This document shows positions 1 through 14,207 of a DNA stretch of 64,000 nucleotides, one piece after another. The number at the start of each line of letters is the position of its first letter. Within the stretch, counting starts at the first letter, position 1. Below the pieces are notes generated by a model. It was not told the DNA's origin, did not search any database, and saw only the letters and a program-made list of their open reading frames with translations. Origin of the DNA: Eledone cirrhosa (lineage: Eukaryota); the NCBI GenBank assembly GCA_964016885.1, contig OZ024750.1, positions 7,998,001 through 8,062,000 of the forward strand, read 5' to 3'. The translations under genes were made by a program, and so were the position numbers.

Positions 1-244
1 CAAAAGCAAAGAAAAGAAACGATTTATTATGAAAATGTATTTGTTGCATTAAGTAATGCAACATGTTTTAACATAGTTGGCAGATTACTACTGATCAATG
101 ATCATTTTATTTCATCTTTATTATCATCATTGTTATCGTCGTTCTCATTGCCATTAGCGCAATTGTCAATTGTCTATATTCAGTTACTTTTCTATACATG
201 ATTTTATTTTTTTACATCTTTTTTATCTTATAGTGACCATTACT

Positions 245-732
245 GTATGTGGGGATGGTTGTAAGTGTTTGTGGATAATTGTGAGTGTTTGTGGATAATT
301 GTGAGTGTTTTTGGATGGTTGTGAGTGTTTGTGGATAATTGTGAGTGTTTTGGGATGGTTGTGAGTGTTTGTGGATGGTTGTGAGTGTTTGTGGATGGTT
401 GTGAGTGTTTGTGGATAATTGTGAGTGTTTTGGGATGGTTGTGAGTGTTTGTGGATGGTTGTGAGTGTTTGTGGATGGTTGTGAGTGTTTGTGGATGGTT
501 GTGAGTGTTTGGGGATGGTTGTGAGTGTTTGTGGATGGTTGTCAATGTTTGTGGGTGTTTGTGGATGGTTGTGAATGTTTTGGGATGGTTATGAGTGTTT
601 GTGGAGCGTTGTGATTGTTTGTGGATTGTTGCAGTGTTTGTGGGTTGTTGTGAGTGTTTTGGGATGGTTGTGAGTGTCTGTGGATGGTTGTGATTATTTG
701 GGGATGGTTGTGAGTGTTCTGGGATGTGTGAG
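245..732. repeat. 20-bp minisatellite (GTGAGTGTTTGTGGATGGTT)n, ~24 copies, degenerating rightward
   Basis: The unit repeats in register every 20 bp from ~261 to ~600; it explains ORF 240..824. Confidence 0.95.
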
Positions 733-1949
733 TGCAAAGGGGTGGGGTCTATTGGATTTGAATCCTTGGTGACAGGGTTTTTAACAATGTTTCGATTTCC
801 AATTAAAGCATGATTCATTCTCACATCTCCACCAATGCGTTAAGGTATAAACGCGTTTACATCATTGTTAATCACTTAAAATATAGAGCCCCTGTTTCTA
901 CAGAATACAGACATATGATGTTTCGTTTTTACTATAATAATAACTATACCGAAGTAGATTTGGTTAAACATAAACTTTGTTTATAAGGTTTTGTTACTAA
1001 ATTGAAGTCATTCACTTTATTTATACTTCCCAAAACACAAGGACATATGTCACAGAATTCCTTCTCTACCAAGCTAGAAATCTTGAGAATTGCTTCTATG
1101 CAAACAGAGTGAAATAAATAACTTAAGAAAAAAAACTATAAAAATTATTCCAAATCTTCAGTAAATATATAGAAAAAGAAGAAAACGGTGTAGATGAGAT
1201 AATCTCCAGGATGTGGGGAATCTGTAATGTGGTTTAGGTACCTGCCTAAAGCAATGTTATCTCAATTATCGAGCTAATTATCCCACAGAAATCCCTATAT
1301 CTTACAATATCCCCGCAACTCTAAAAGATTATTTTTTCCCCATGAAAAAGAAATCGATAAAGTCACAATTAAATATGGCAACATACATGCTTACAGCTCA
1401 CAGACTTTACATAAAATATATATCTAAACAAAACACGCCCTCATAACACTGACGTACACTCACAAACACACACATACGCAAACACACAGACGCACACGCA
1501 AAAACACGCAGCTGTACACACACTTGCACATACGGAAGCACACTCAAGCAGGCACATTAACGAAAGCATGTTCAGGCAGGCACATGCACGCACAAATACA
1601 CACACGCGCTTGCGTGCACAGGCACACACATTCAAGCACACACATCTGTACAATTGTATGTTTACTATACCAAAAGATATTGTTTATCCTTTCATATTCC
1701 ACTGTATTATGAATAACGCCCTGTTGGTCTACTGCTAAATAATATCAACCCGCCCAGCGGGCACTTTATGCAAATAAGGATCTCCGTAAATATATTATTA
1801 GAAAAAAATCTATATACGTTACCAGTTTATTTTACCTCAGTACTGTGTAAATGTCACTGAAGATGTCACTGAAATATATATAGTGTTCTCACGCAGGTAT
1901 CGTCTTAGACTATAATATCCACAGCGAGACTTATGTGTGTTTATTATAG

Positions 1950-2060
1950 ATGGATTGGTATTGTCGATAGAGCGTCGGAGAAAATGCTTTGCGGTGTATA
2001 ATTACGACTTTCTACGTTCTCATTTCAAAACCCGTTGACATTTTACATTCATTCTTCGAT
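1950..2060 (+). mobile_element. Degenerate 5' part of SINE family A
   Basis: tggattggtattgtcgatagagcgtcggagaaaatgctttgc resembles the head of the intact copies at 25775 and 60504. Confidence 0.55.
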
Positions 2061-2089
2061 CAGATTAACATTTAACCAAAAAATGGAAT

Positions 2090-2320
2090 GATGAGGAATG
2101 AGAATCAAGCAATCAGCTAGTGATGCTAACAGACTGTTTTATATTCAATCCATATATAAGCCCTGTCATAGACTAGTAACATCAAAACATGCATGAGACA
2201 TAGCACACATTCAATAAATGATTACACAATAGCTTTCTGATGAGGTCGTATCTATTACATAATACATATCATCGAAATATATATAACAGTAAAAAAGTAA
2301 TCAATAAAATGATGTAAGAG

Positions 2321-2321
<1 letters not shown>
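2090..2321 (+). mobile_element. Degenerate PLE-type pseudo-LTR with HHR-like core (same family as 18542-18806)
   Basis: CTGATGAggtc...tatcatcGAAAtatatataacagt at ~2237-2290 matches the 18710 copy; shares aatgagaatcaag upstream; ends in (TA)n. Helix I is not intact. Confidence 0.65.
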
Positions 2322-2352
<31 letters not shown>

Positions 2353-2356
2353 TCAC

Positions 2357-2576
2357 AAGTACTGCAGGGAAATGCACATTTAATGTTGTATGAAATCCCA
2401 TTTCATCTCTATGCATCATTGTCAGCATTGATCCAATCCTGTGAGCAATACTCCGTGCTCTGTCAATTATAGCTTCAATGTCTACTTCCTGTTTCTCTCT
2501 GTCGATTGTTTTCTTTAACGATTTCTTTCGCAATAAACTTTTATCCAGGTTCACTCTTATTTCATTTGCATGCACA
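2357..2576 (-). CDS. Candidate coding exon (VHANEIRVNLDKSLLRKK...IAHRIGSMLTMMHRDEMGFHTTLNVHFPAVL); product unknown, weak resemblance to N-terminus of VWA/Cache (CACHD1/alpha2delta-like) proteins
   Basis: 73-codon non-repetitive open frame ending at a canonical GTGAGT donor (2356-2351). The acceptor (aacag, AG at 2578-2577) lacks a pyrimidine tract. Family resemblance is by eye only. Confidence 0.5.
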
Positions 2577-2741
2577 CTGTTATCCTACTATATCTCGTTT
2601 TACCCCCCTCTCTCTCTACCTTGTTGCAACTCTCCCCCTTTCTTTCATACTGTCTGTCGCTGTGTCCCTGTCTGTCTTAGTCTATCTGTCTGTGTGTCTA
2701 CCTCTCTGACTTGTGCACTTTCTCACTGATGCATACATCCA

Positions 2742-2810
<69 letters not shown>

Positions 2811-3536
2811 TTTCATGTCCCTCTATTTGTATGTATCAACATATTGTATCCCGTACAACTTCTTTTTGTAAAATATATTTGACATGATGTTTGTATAATT
2901 GATTAAATAAAAAAAAATCTCTATATTAAAAAAAATATACCCTAATAATTAAGAAACAAAAGATAAGTGAGAGTGAGATAGATAGATAGATAGATAGATA
3001 TATAGAGGGAGAGAAAGAGAGTGATAGGAGGGTGGAAGTAACAAAAAAGAAACAAAATTAAGAAAAATATATAAAACAAGAGCAGCTATAGGTCAGTTAA
3101 ATGTTTCTATTCTTGAATATTTTCGCAACCTTCATATATTGATAGAGCATGTTTATATGGGAAAGTTCAGTTTTAAAATATCGTCTCTGTCTCTCTAATT
3201 TGTATTGTTTTTATATTGGAACGAATAATGTCATAAAGTTTAAAGATAGTCTCTACAAGAATATAGAGGTCGTCCTATACGACCTGTTCTTTATAAAATA
3301 TAGTTTAAGGGTACCTGCACATTTAGATCCAACAAAGTCGTTGTTTATTAAACTTATTCAGATGTTAGTTAAATATCGAATGTCAATACGGCCACAACAT
3401 TTCAACTGCAGCTTTTCTTATAAGAGGTTTCTATCTGCCAGAATCTAGTACATAGATTTGTCCGCCATGACTAAAAGAATAATTTCTGCCAGTGATGTGT
3501 GAGAAATCTCATATTAGAAACCAATCTGGTATTTAC

Positions 3537-3555
3537 TTCTGTGATAGACACAGGC
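3537..3555 (-). CDS. Candidate 19-nt micro-exon (or start of a longer exon)
   Basis: Strong acceptor tcctcactccttcacag ending at 3556 and possible donor gtaaat at 3536. Phases 1-to-2 link exon 4551-4606 to exon 2357-2576 in frame. Confidence 0.3.
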
Positions 3556-3597
3556 CTGTGAAGGAGTGAGGATATTTTTGTATTGTGTTCAGAGTCT

Positions 3598-3830
3598 GTG
3601 TGTATGTATCTATGTATGTATGTATGTATGTATGTATGTATGTATGTATGTATGTATGTATGTATGTATGTATGTATGTATGTATGTTTATGTGTGTGTG
3701 GGTGTATGTATGTATGTATGTGTGTATGTGTATGTCTCTATGTATGTATGTGTGTGTGTGTATGAATTTATGTATGTGAGTGCGTGTGTGGGAGAGCGAG
3801 AGAGATAGAGAGAGAATGTGTGTGTGTGTC
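3598..3830. repeat. (TATG)n/(TG)n microsatellite
   Basis: Direct inspection. Confidence 0.95.
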
Positions 3831-3980
3831 ATACATATATACATATATATTAAATATAGATATCTTAAATATAGTCAAATATAGACAGATACAAATATAT
3901 GTGTGTATGCACATTTATCTATGTAAGTATTAATTTATGGCACGCATGTATATATATATATGCATATATATATATATATA

Positions 3981-4495
<515 letters not shown>

Positions 4496-4550
4496 GAATG
4501 TGCTTAACATAGCCTTTTGATATATCATCTTTATTTAGATGTTCACTCAC

Positions 4551-4606
4551 ACGAAATGTATGCAACATTGATGAATAGAACTAGCAGCATGGTATATTCT
4601 AATTAG
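4551..4606 (-). CDS. Candidate exon with ATG at 4590 (MLLVLFINVAYIS..., signal-peptide-like)
   Basis: Acceptor atatatacag (AG at 4608-4607), donor GTGAGT at 4550-4545, hydrophobic N-terminus. Confidence 0.4.
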
Positions 4607-4878
4607 CTGTATATATTCATATATAATTAGTTTTACAGATTTCTAGGAGATTGTTTGTCTTGGATAATACGCTATGATTTGATTCTCGCATGTAATATCA
4701 AAGAAACACTCGTTAGTTTTATAATGCTCCACCTAGAGCTATAACTAGCGCTGGATCTACAAGATCACTATGCTGAGATAGTAGGAAACTAAATATTGGT
4801 AATTGACCTCATCTGTAAATGTTTGATATTTTGATTATTTAGGTTTCAGGTCATAGTCACAGGTCTTTTCACTATATA

Positions 4879-4933
<55 letters not shown>

Positions 4934-5059
4934 TATATATATTACAGAACTAGATTCAAGCTACACATCTTAGTTTCTATATCGTAGATGGATCAGCCTT
5001 ATTAATATTTGCTCTGAATATCAGGGCTCAATATTTCTCCATATGTATATATATATGTA

Positions 5060-5282
5060 AAAGGTCAACAGAAATAACAACACAATCGGTACAGTATATG
5101 GAAGGAGTAAATTAAGTTAACGCTGAAAATAGCAGGAAGAGGGTCTTAACGTTTCCGACGCTTGTCCTTCATCGGAAGAAAGAATGAGAAATAAGATAGA
5201 TTGAAGGGACGGGTGGGTTGGAATTGGAAAAAATGTCTTTAGATAAAAATAACAGGTCCATTCATGTTCACATCTCTTGATG
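5060..5282 (-). mobile_element. PLE-type 3' end containing minimal HHR-like motif
   Basis: Minus strand reads tctt-CCGATGA-aggacaagcgtcg-GAAAC-GTT-aaga, then a pyrimidine-rich tail into (TA)n. Confidence 0.65.
5144..5179 (-). ncRNA. Minimal type I hammerhead ribozyme-like motif (U4>C variant)
   Basis: Helix I UCUU/AAGA, helix II GAC/GUC, palindromic AACGUU helix III, GUU triplet. Confidence 0.5.
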
Positions 5283-5751
5283 TATATGTGTGTATGTGTG
5301 AGTGTGTTTGTGTGTGTATATATATGTGTGTGTTTTTGTGTATATATATATATGTACATATGTGTATGTATATATATATATATATAATATATATATATAG
5401 AGAGAGAGATAATTCATGAGTGTATATATGGACATCTACACACAAACAAACATACACTCAGATGATGTGGTAAACAGATGAAAACAAATATAAACTGTAA
5501 GGATTACAAATACATGTAAACAACTTGGTTAACATATCATATAACTAATAAACAATAAACAAACGTTGTTTGAAAAACACTGCATCTTCCTTATTGATAG
5601 ATACTCATATCACATACAATAACTGGCTTAACTAACAGGTGTAGTTGTCTTGTTCATGGATGTAATATATTGAATTTAATATTAATTATTTCTCTGGATT
5701 TCATTAGTTTTGTCTCATTCAATGCTTTTGATTACAACCTTCATTAGTTTC

Positions 5752-5752
5752 C

Positions 5753-5824
<72 letters not shown>

Positions 5825-5915
5825 TTGCTACTACTACTGCTCCACCACTACCACCACCACCACCATTGCTGCAACTACTACCAACACCATCACTATTATT
5901 ACTACTACTACTATT
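5752..5915. repeat. (CTA)n/(CCA)n trinucleotide microsatellite
   Basis: Direct inspection. Confidence 0.95.
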
Positions 5916-6610
5916 CAATATACTCTTCATTATAGTGAACACCTTCATTATAATTGTCATCATCATCGTCATCTACACCACCATAATACAATTATCATGA
6001 TTACAATCATTAGCATCACAGACATCATTTTGTATCTCTTATTATCGCCGCCATCTTGAACTTCATCATTAATATAATAGCTTTTGTGATGTGATTAATT
6101 ATGTGAAGATTAGCTAATAAATTTTTAATATTTGAAAAGATAAGATGTATTTTCCCATGATAAGCTTGACAAGTAGTTATCTTGTTGCTATACAATGATA
6201 ACAAATGTATTCTTTTTATAAGCAAATTGAGCGCATTTGTGTATAATTAAAATAACACTTCATTTCTCTTATTAAATTCCATATTTAATGCAAATTTCTA
6301 CTTTCGAACAATCTCTAAAGATATTTACATGCAAATTGAAGATATTTATTTTCTTGATGCTTCGCCTGCTTTCGTAAATCACAGGTTTCTACACCAACAT
6401 TATATAAACAATAATATTCTCTTAAGATATTCTGGTACTTTCCATGAAGATGCTTCCATCTTCTGCATATATTTATGTTTATGAATGTGTGGTTGGAAAT
6501 ATGATCACTTCGAGAGAAACTATAGAATATATTAAGTATTTATTTCAATATGTAGCTTGATTTTGTTTTCAAGTATCTCTTCATTAATAATCATTATATT
6601 CTATACAAGG

Positions 6611-6730
6611 GCTCTGAGTTCAAATCCCGCCGAGGTTAACTTTGCCTTTCATCCTTACGGGGTCGATAAAATAAAGTACAAGTAATGCACTGGGGTAATT
6701 GCTGGCCTTGTGCCCAAAACGAAACAATTA
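6611..6730 (+). mobile_element. SINE family A, 5'-truncated
   Basis: gagttcaaatcccgccgaggttaactttgcctttcatccttacggggtcgataaaataaagtac; flanked by an attatattcta direct repeat. Confidence 0.85.
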
Positions 6731-6795
6731 TATTCTAAACACCAACATGGAATGATTTAAAATTGTTTCTGTAATTTAGAGGCAAAATCAAAGGC

Positions 6796-6865
6796 AATGT
6801 AACATATACACACTTTACGTGTAACATATACACACTTTACAATGTACATATACACACTTTACATG
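6796..6865. repeat. ~22-bp tandem repeat x3 (tgtaacatatacacactttac)
   Basis: Direct inspection. Confidence 0.85.
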
Positions 6866-7049
6866 TGTAAAGACACAGTAACATATTAATTTCAAGCTTT
6901 ATTTTTACTATATTTTCTGTAGCATAGTTTTAAACACTCTATACGTGTCGGGAATACTTTTACACATAACTTCTTCAATGTCAAAGAGAAAATCGTAGAT
7001 AGTAAAAGTTCTACTAAAGATCTCTCTAACAATGACTAGTGGATATCTT

Positions 7050-7106
<57 letters not shown>

Positions 7107-7204
7107 CGTATATATATATATATATATTTATTAAATATATATTATTATTATTATTAATATTATTACTATATATATATATATGTTCATATATATATATATA
7201 TTCA

Positions 7205-7340
7205 TAAGGAATTGTGGTAAGGAACCAGATGGACCATAACGCACCAGAGTACTCAATACTTAGGGTAGTAGTGTGGGAAATAGGAAAAAGTATGACCCCG
7301 ACGGCAGAGCTCAAGCCGTTTCGACAGCTATTTCTGGACT
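7205..7340 (-). mobile_element. HHR-half element family H, copy 1
   Basis: Near-identical to 63501-63640; minus strand has gtcGAAACGGC-ttgagctct-GCCGTC-gggg; inside (TA)n. Confidence 0.85.
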
Positions 7341-10300
7341 ATATATATATATATATAGAATCATTAGAACATCTGACTGATAAAATGACAAGTTAGTCAA
7401 TCATAATGGTGCCCCCCCCCCCCCTCCCCCCCACAGCCCCGGCGGACAGAATGAAGAAGATAGTTAGTGAATAGGCCGTTGAATATTATGTAGTGTATAT
7501 TAACAGTTCTATAATGAACTGGATATCAAATACCTTTTATATGTAATAACTAATGTAAATAGTTTTAGTCCGTGGAGGCATTGTCATTTCTTTCTACGCA
7601 GACATTGTGTATCTGATATATCAACATTTGTGTGTTGATTAAATATACATATATTAACACACGCTCTCACAAATCCATACATACATATATGCATGCATAC
7701 ATACATATATATATACATACAAAAAGCGTATTATCATGGTTCATTCTATGTACATTTTAATTGATCTTATATGAGAAAGTGTTTGATATACCAATAATTG
7801 GAACCACAAATCACCTTTAACTTCTTAAGTGTCCGTCATTAAAATTCCGACTATTTTTAGACAAATCTACAGCACTCAAAATCCTTTGAATATTGTTTAA
7901 AAGAATGACACGTCGCCTTTCATGCTTCGTTTGACCAATTAAAAATATCAGCTAAGTCTCAATTGAAATTCTGTCGTCAGTAATAGAAATGGATATAGTG
8001 GAAAATGTAATTACTGATACACACACACATATATGAAATAGTGTCGGCGTGAGCCTGTTTGATTTTAGGTCTTCTCGATCAGAATTGAATCCAAGCTTGC
8101 CACTTTTATTAAACTACTTATGTTCTATACATATGAAATAGATAGGAGTTGTATTATACATAACCTTACGTTAGCTATAAAATAATCTAGGCAATAACTT
8201 TTAAAACAGAGACTGTTTGGTGGCCACATATTCAGCTGAGTATTAGCGTCAAAAAGTTTACAGTAAATCTATTATTTGCTATGAATTTCTCCTTATCTCT
8301 CTTCTCTCATGCCAAGAAGTAATTGAACTCAAATTGCGAATAAAAAATAACTCCGAAAGAACAAATTCGCAAGAAGGATTCGAACATGTCTCTATGCAGC
8401 GAAAAAGTTTCACATTTTACCACTGATCCGTTAATTTGCGCACTATTCCATTATAAGCAACTATTAATAGCTCACTTCAGTTTCAAATAAAGATTAAAGA
8501 GCACTTTTAGAAAGTTTAAAGATAATATAATCATGTGGAAATTATTATATTAACATTAACGATACCATGATCCATGCATCACTTCACTGTAAACAGCAGG
8601 CCGGATTTTAAGCTAAAGCTGATGATATTAGTGAATCAATTAAAATGTATTATTTTCTTAGAATAAAGTTATATAAGCTTTATTGAATATATACTGCATG
8701 CAGTTGTCATGAAGATAGCTATATCAAAAGCTGTTATCTCATATCATAGTACTTAATTGAAATATACATAGACGGTGTTTTTGATCGTGAAGAATATAAT
8801 TCATCTTTTAATCTTTTAGAAATAAGACGGTGTAACGATTCCAACATTCACGCACGTATTTAAACGTATGTGAAGTATAATTGCTTCAAATAGCTACGTA
8901 AATTAGGTTACAGGTTTGGCTTAACATGATTGAATATGTACGAAATAAAATCGTTATAGTCTGTACAAATGGTAGCAAATTCTACCTTCAAATAAATCCA
9001 TATTTTCAAATCTATTAAATTCATATTTTCTATTATTATCCAATTTCTGGTTCGGCAGATAACATGCTTAACAATATTGTAAATACTGTGAACAGAGAGG
9101 TCATTGAGTTAGAGGAATTCGCTAAAACTCAGCCAGATGTAGTTAGAAACGAGAGAATTGATCGGCGATAGAGTGCAGTAGAAATAAAAATAAACTAGCT
9201 GAATATTTGTGTATTGTTCAAATCTTGGCACGGTCATTGTATGCGTTTATATATTAATTGTTTTCTTGTTCCGATACATAATACAGTAGCAAAGAATGAA
9301 TCGCATTCTCAACACATAGATAATACAGCATATACATAAGATGTAACGTATATATATAATGGAAAACATATTCAAAAGATTGGGTGATGTCACCCATGTC
9401 AGTTGTTAGTAGCTAATAAGAATATATCGAATATCTAGTGATAGCGGCACGTATTGGAACGGTAACACGAACAATGGGCGAAAGAACATAAAACATATCC
9501 ATAGTATTTAAAAGGGCAGTGGGGGTTGGCAAAGAAGTGTAGATTCGATTGGCACCAAGCCAGATATTTTATAGAATAAGGCTTGAGATGAATTGACTTA
9601 GCACATATTTTATCGCCGCTCGTGACAAATAAAAGTTATATAGTCATACACGCAAAGACATACATGGAAACAATGGGAATACTGTAGGGCTTTTGTCATC
9701 CGGAAGTTTCTAGGTAATATGTCGAGTGTGATTTTGCTTTTTGGTGGTCTCAGTTACTATCACTAATGTTCCAATCATCTATCAGACCTGCCAACTTCAA
9801 AGAGCCTGAATGGGGAGTACTACAAAAAGTGCCCCCAGAACAGGGAGAAATGAAGCAAAATGGGGAGATTTTACATAATGAATATTATACCCATGTTTGC
9901 AAGAGAAGACATCTCTCACCCACCCCATATTTCATTATAGCATCGACTTACAAAATATTGGTTATGTTTATCACAAGAGATATCAATATTGAAATAGCAA
10001 AGAGTGTAACTTTCTAAAACATTAACCAGGTCTCAATTCTAGGCTCGAAAGAATTTCATGTTTTTATGCTTGGCTTTCTCTATATGTACAATGTGAATTA
10101 ATTAATTTGGAGAAGTAGCAACAGTATACTTTCTAACTAGATTTCACCCTAACTCTCTCTCTCTCTCTCTCTTTCTCTCTCTTTCTCTGTATGTATATAT
10201 ATATATATATCTGTGTGCGTCTGTAGAAATGGCTTTGATCTTTCGCCAAATCAGGCATATCAAACAGGACTATAAAACGGAAATTAGATATAGAAATGCA

Positions 10301-11569
10301 TGTAAGATATATTGCGATAAGAACGAATATGTCATACAAAAAGTAGAGCAATGAAGAAAGAGTCGAAAACAAGAATAGGTATGTTGAACACATATAATAA
10401 AATTGTGAAGAGAGAGAGGGGAGAATGTGTGTAAAATAAAATATGGAAAATGTGTTGTTTCAATAATACTGTGTGTTTGCCAGCTTCTTTTTTGTTAGGA
10501 TTGTTTAATGAAATATTTTCAATGCTCCAAATTGTGTGTGTTTGTGTGTTCCAATACAAATGTATCATTCGTCAGCAAATATGAATAATAGTTGAGAAAA
10601 TCTGGATTAGGTAAATCTTGAGTTTTGAAAACGTGGAGAGATGTCCTCTTCGCAAACACTTCAGCATCTTGCATCTCCACAAGTACTTTACCCAATATCA
10701 CTATAAAAATTTGCATTGGGATGCATGAGATATAAGTTTCACACACACACACGCACACACATATATATATCTATATAGCTGTCCCTCCATGTGATTGCTG
10801 TGATGCTGGTGCAAATGACCACAATAATAAGTTTTAACAGATTTTCTCCATAGCAACCTTAATTATTTTAACATAATAAAACTTTAAATTTTTAAACTCA
10901 TAGGGAAGATAAATAATATTTTAGCTTCTTTTATAGATTTCAATTGATTTATATATTTATTTTAAACACATTTTATCGATTTTAATACCTATTTATTCAA
11001 GATTTTATTTTTCTATTTTAATTAACGTCTCATTTAAGAGAACAATGTGTATATTAAAAATATTTATTCACTTCATTTATGTTATTTTTTTAACAAAATT
11101 TAGTGATTATCATTGAAATAGAAATAACTTCTCTTTTAAGAGTGATATAAATTTTTACTACGCTTACATCTTCTATTGATTATTCATGTTTATTTAAATG
11201 AAATATTTGTATGTTATAGAATAAGGAAAGATATTATAAAAACAGCAGTTTTTATTTTACGTTATATATCTTCTTCGGAAATATTTTTATAATTCTTTCA
11301 TGCTTTTATACGTATGATTACCTTTCAGTTATTCTATAAAAGCACCACAACCAAATCCAAAAGATAAATAGATAAACGAAAAATAAAAATAATATTTATT
11401 AAATGCATGAAGATAATTCAAGTTTACGCAGACTTTATAACCCATATTTTAAATATTAACTTTATCTTATTTCAAAATTCAGATACGTTTTTCACTGTTT
11501 AGTTCAGTATTGAAATAACTGACGATAAAAAACACACGTTTAATGTTTACTACTAATCGTTTAATGGTC

Positions 11570-11870
11570 TGTCCACCTTATGGTCCCAGCGGACAGAATG
11601 GAGAAGAACTTGCCCCAGAGAATGGTGAATGAGATGCGCTAGAACAGCCACTCCAACTCGTGGAGTTGCTCTTTCAGGTAGACAAGTCCGCCCCGATAAC
11701 AGTAAATAGGGATGTGGCCTGTTGTCTATAAACATCGAACCTCACCCCTGTTTAGTTAGGAAGTGAAGTGCCATGTCATTTCAGTTTTCAAGATATGTGA
11801 GTAGAGTTATGGCCTGAATTCTTGCATCTGGAGGAAAATCTACAGGCATCCAACAGAGAGTTGCTAAAGA
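11570..11870 (+). mobile_element. GC-richer interspersed repeat family R, possibly the 5' region of an RTE-type non-LTR element
   Basis: cccagcggacagaatggagaag...gccccagagaatggtga recurs at ~7436, ~39925 and ~47088. The RTE assignment is inference. Confidence 0.55.
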
Positions 11871-12039
11871 GAAAATGAACGTCAGAGTAGAACAACCACA
11901 GCAATATTTGAACACACATAGTCACAACGAATATCACAGAAGCTCTTCTATGAGACTATCAATTCTACTACGTATTCTATTGGCAATGGATGCATTGGCA
12001 ACCTTACACACGAACTGACAGTAGTGAATCAAAACATAC

Positions 12040-12176
12040 CCTATATTATTTGGTGTCGCTTTTTTTCACATCTATATGTTACGGCTAAAATCAGTCGCGT
12101 TGCTCTGGAGATTGGTTTGTTTAAAACTCTATTGCGGTAATGAAAACTATTTTCCCTCGGCCGTCAACTACATACG

Positions 12177-12209
<33 letters not shown>

Positions 12210-12514
12210 TTGTGTTTGTGTGTGTGTTTGTGTGTGTGTAATCCGGCGAAAGTTAACATCGCAGTTTATTTCAATTGAACTCTGCAAATACCGCGCAAAT
12301 ACCGATCAGTCTAGCAGTCAAAATGTCACCATTTCTTCGTCGCAAAGGCAAAGATAAAAATGATAAGAAACAAGAGAAAAATATGGTGGATGACAACCAT
12401 TCTTAGCTGATAACTACAATACAACACAACTTCTAAACTGTTAGCATGCAAATCCTGAAAATCGTAACTTGGTATTTTCAGCTTAACGAAGCTATTTAAG
12501 AGTTAATGCTTTAG
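12040..12514. promoter_or_regulatory. Candidate divergent promoter / first-exon pair
   Basis: Local CpG enrichment either side of a (TA)(TG) tract; minus donor AGG|gtatgt at 12039 and plus donor TAG|gtatgc at 12515. Confidence 0.3.
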
Positions 12515-12959
12515 GTATGCAAGACAATTTCTATACATGCATATATGCATAACGACCTACCTACATAAATGCATACATAATACATACATACATTCATATA
12601 TACATACATTCATATATGCATACATACACACACACATACACACATTCATATATATAGACATGCATGTACAAAAATGCATACAGAGACCCACATGTATGTA
12701 TATATGTATGTATATGTATGTGAGTGTCGATAGAGGCGCATGCAGAAGCACGTACATATAATTGTATAGGCATATATATATATGTGAGAGTATTTGCTTA
12801 TATGTATATCTATACGTGATAGTATGTGGGTGTATGAAAGCATGTAGACAAATGTCTTTCAGAAAAAAAATAGTCGTTGAATAGATGTAATTAAGGAATA
12901 CAATAGTAAATTGTTGCAAATGAAACGAACATATCAATAAAAAAAAAATGATTTAAGAA

Positions 12960-13270
12960 AGGGGTAGATATCAGAAGAGAGTGTGGTCGAGAGAATGTGT
13001 GTGTGAAAGAGAGGGTTTAAGAGAGAGATGAGAGACAAGGCATGAGTGTGTGTATCAGAGAGTGGTTAAGAGAGAGTGTGTGAGAGAGGGAGAGAGACGA
13101 GAGATAGAGCATGAGAGAGTGAGTTGAGAACGAGAGGAGAGATAGGATGTGTGTGAGAGAGAGAGAGAGACGATAAAAGCGAGGGAGAGATGTTGAGAGA
13201 GCGTATGTGTGCGTGAGAGAGAGTGAGAGACAGCGCATAATTGAGTATGCGAGAGAGCGGAGAGAAGGAG

Positions 13271-13340
<70 letters not shown>
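12960..13340. repeat. GA-rich low-complexity tract and (GA)n
   Basis: Direct inspection. Confidence 0.9.
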
Positions 13341-13342
<2 letters not shown>

Positions 13343-14207
13343 TGAGGAAGATCTGGATAATCAGCTGGTTATGCTTTTGAATAAAGATAGTTTAAAGATA
13401 CGATAAACACATTTCTTAGATGTAACACACAAACAGGTATAAAGACACATACGTACGACTACAAATGTATATCAGTTTAGTTTAGTATCATTATATAGAG
13501 AGTTAGTGTATAAATATTTATGTGTGTCGAAGTAAACATATAGATTCTAAAAACAATATTACAACTCTTACTATTGAACTGATACGACCCCCCCCCCCCC
13601 ACACACACATATATATGAGTATATATGCACATGTATATGTGCGATTATATTTTCTGTACCAGATAATGACATTTAGAAATAAATGCCCATAAAATATTCA
13701 AAAAGTCACACACACATACACACACACAAGTACATACACGCATACATGTATTATTGAGGAAGCAAAAGAGAGATAGAGAGAGAACCAAGATGGTGTATAT
13801 TTGAATTTGACTTTATACCTATGATTTGAAAAGATGGAGGTAAACATTAGATTCTTGTATGAGATAATTGAAAACTGCCTATTTCTTATAGCTCAACTAT
13901 AAGAAATAAGTAGCATGGAAAACTGAAATTTAAATCTGTGTAGGTGTATTGGTTTTGTGTGATTATTCCTCGATTTTTTTAGGGAACTTTACTGGTTACA
14001 TAAGGCAGATTGTATGCTTGTGATTATGCATATGTGTGAGAAGTAGTGAATGCGAACCTGCACCTATATGTTTAGGAATGAGATAAGAGTTTCCAATACA
14101 ATATAGATTGAATCATATGATTTATAGTTTCCAGGACTAGTGATGTCATTGCGCTAAATTTCACCAAATGTTTACATATTCCTGGAAGATATATTCATGG
14201 CAAATAA

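Noticed and set aside
240-824. 194-aa His/Thr/Pro-rich ORF
   Set aside because: It is mostly the translation of a 20-bp minisatellite (period not a multiple of 3), starts at GTG and has no clear acceptor.
7214-7396. Recurring peptide VRNQMDHNAPEYSILRVV (also in ORF 63435..63647)
   Set aside because: It is the antisense reading of repeat family H; other copies break the frame.
9766-10017. 83-aa ORF
   Set aside because: No recognisable motif or splice support; it starts near cagacctgccaac, which resembles a DNA-transposon end whose partner was not found.
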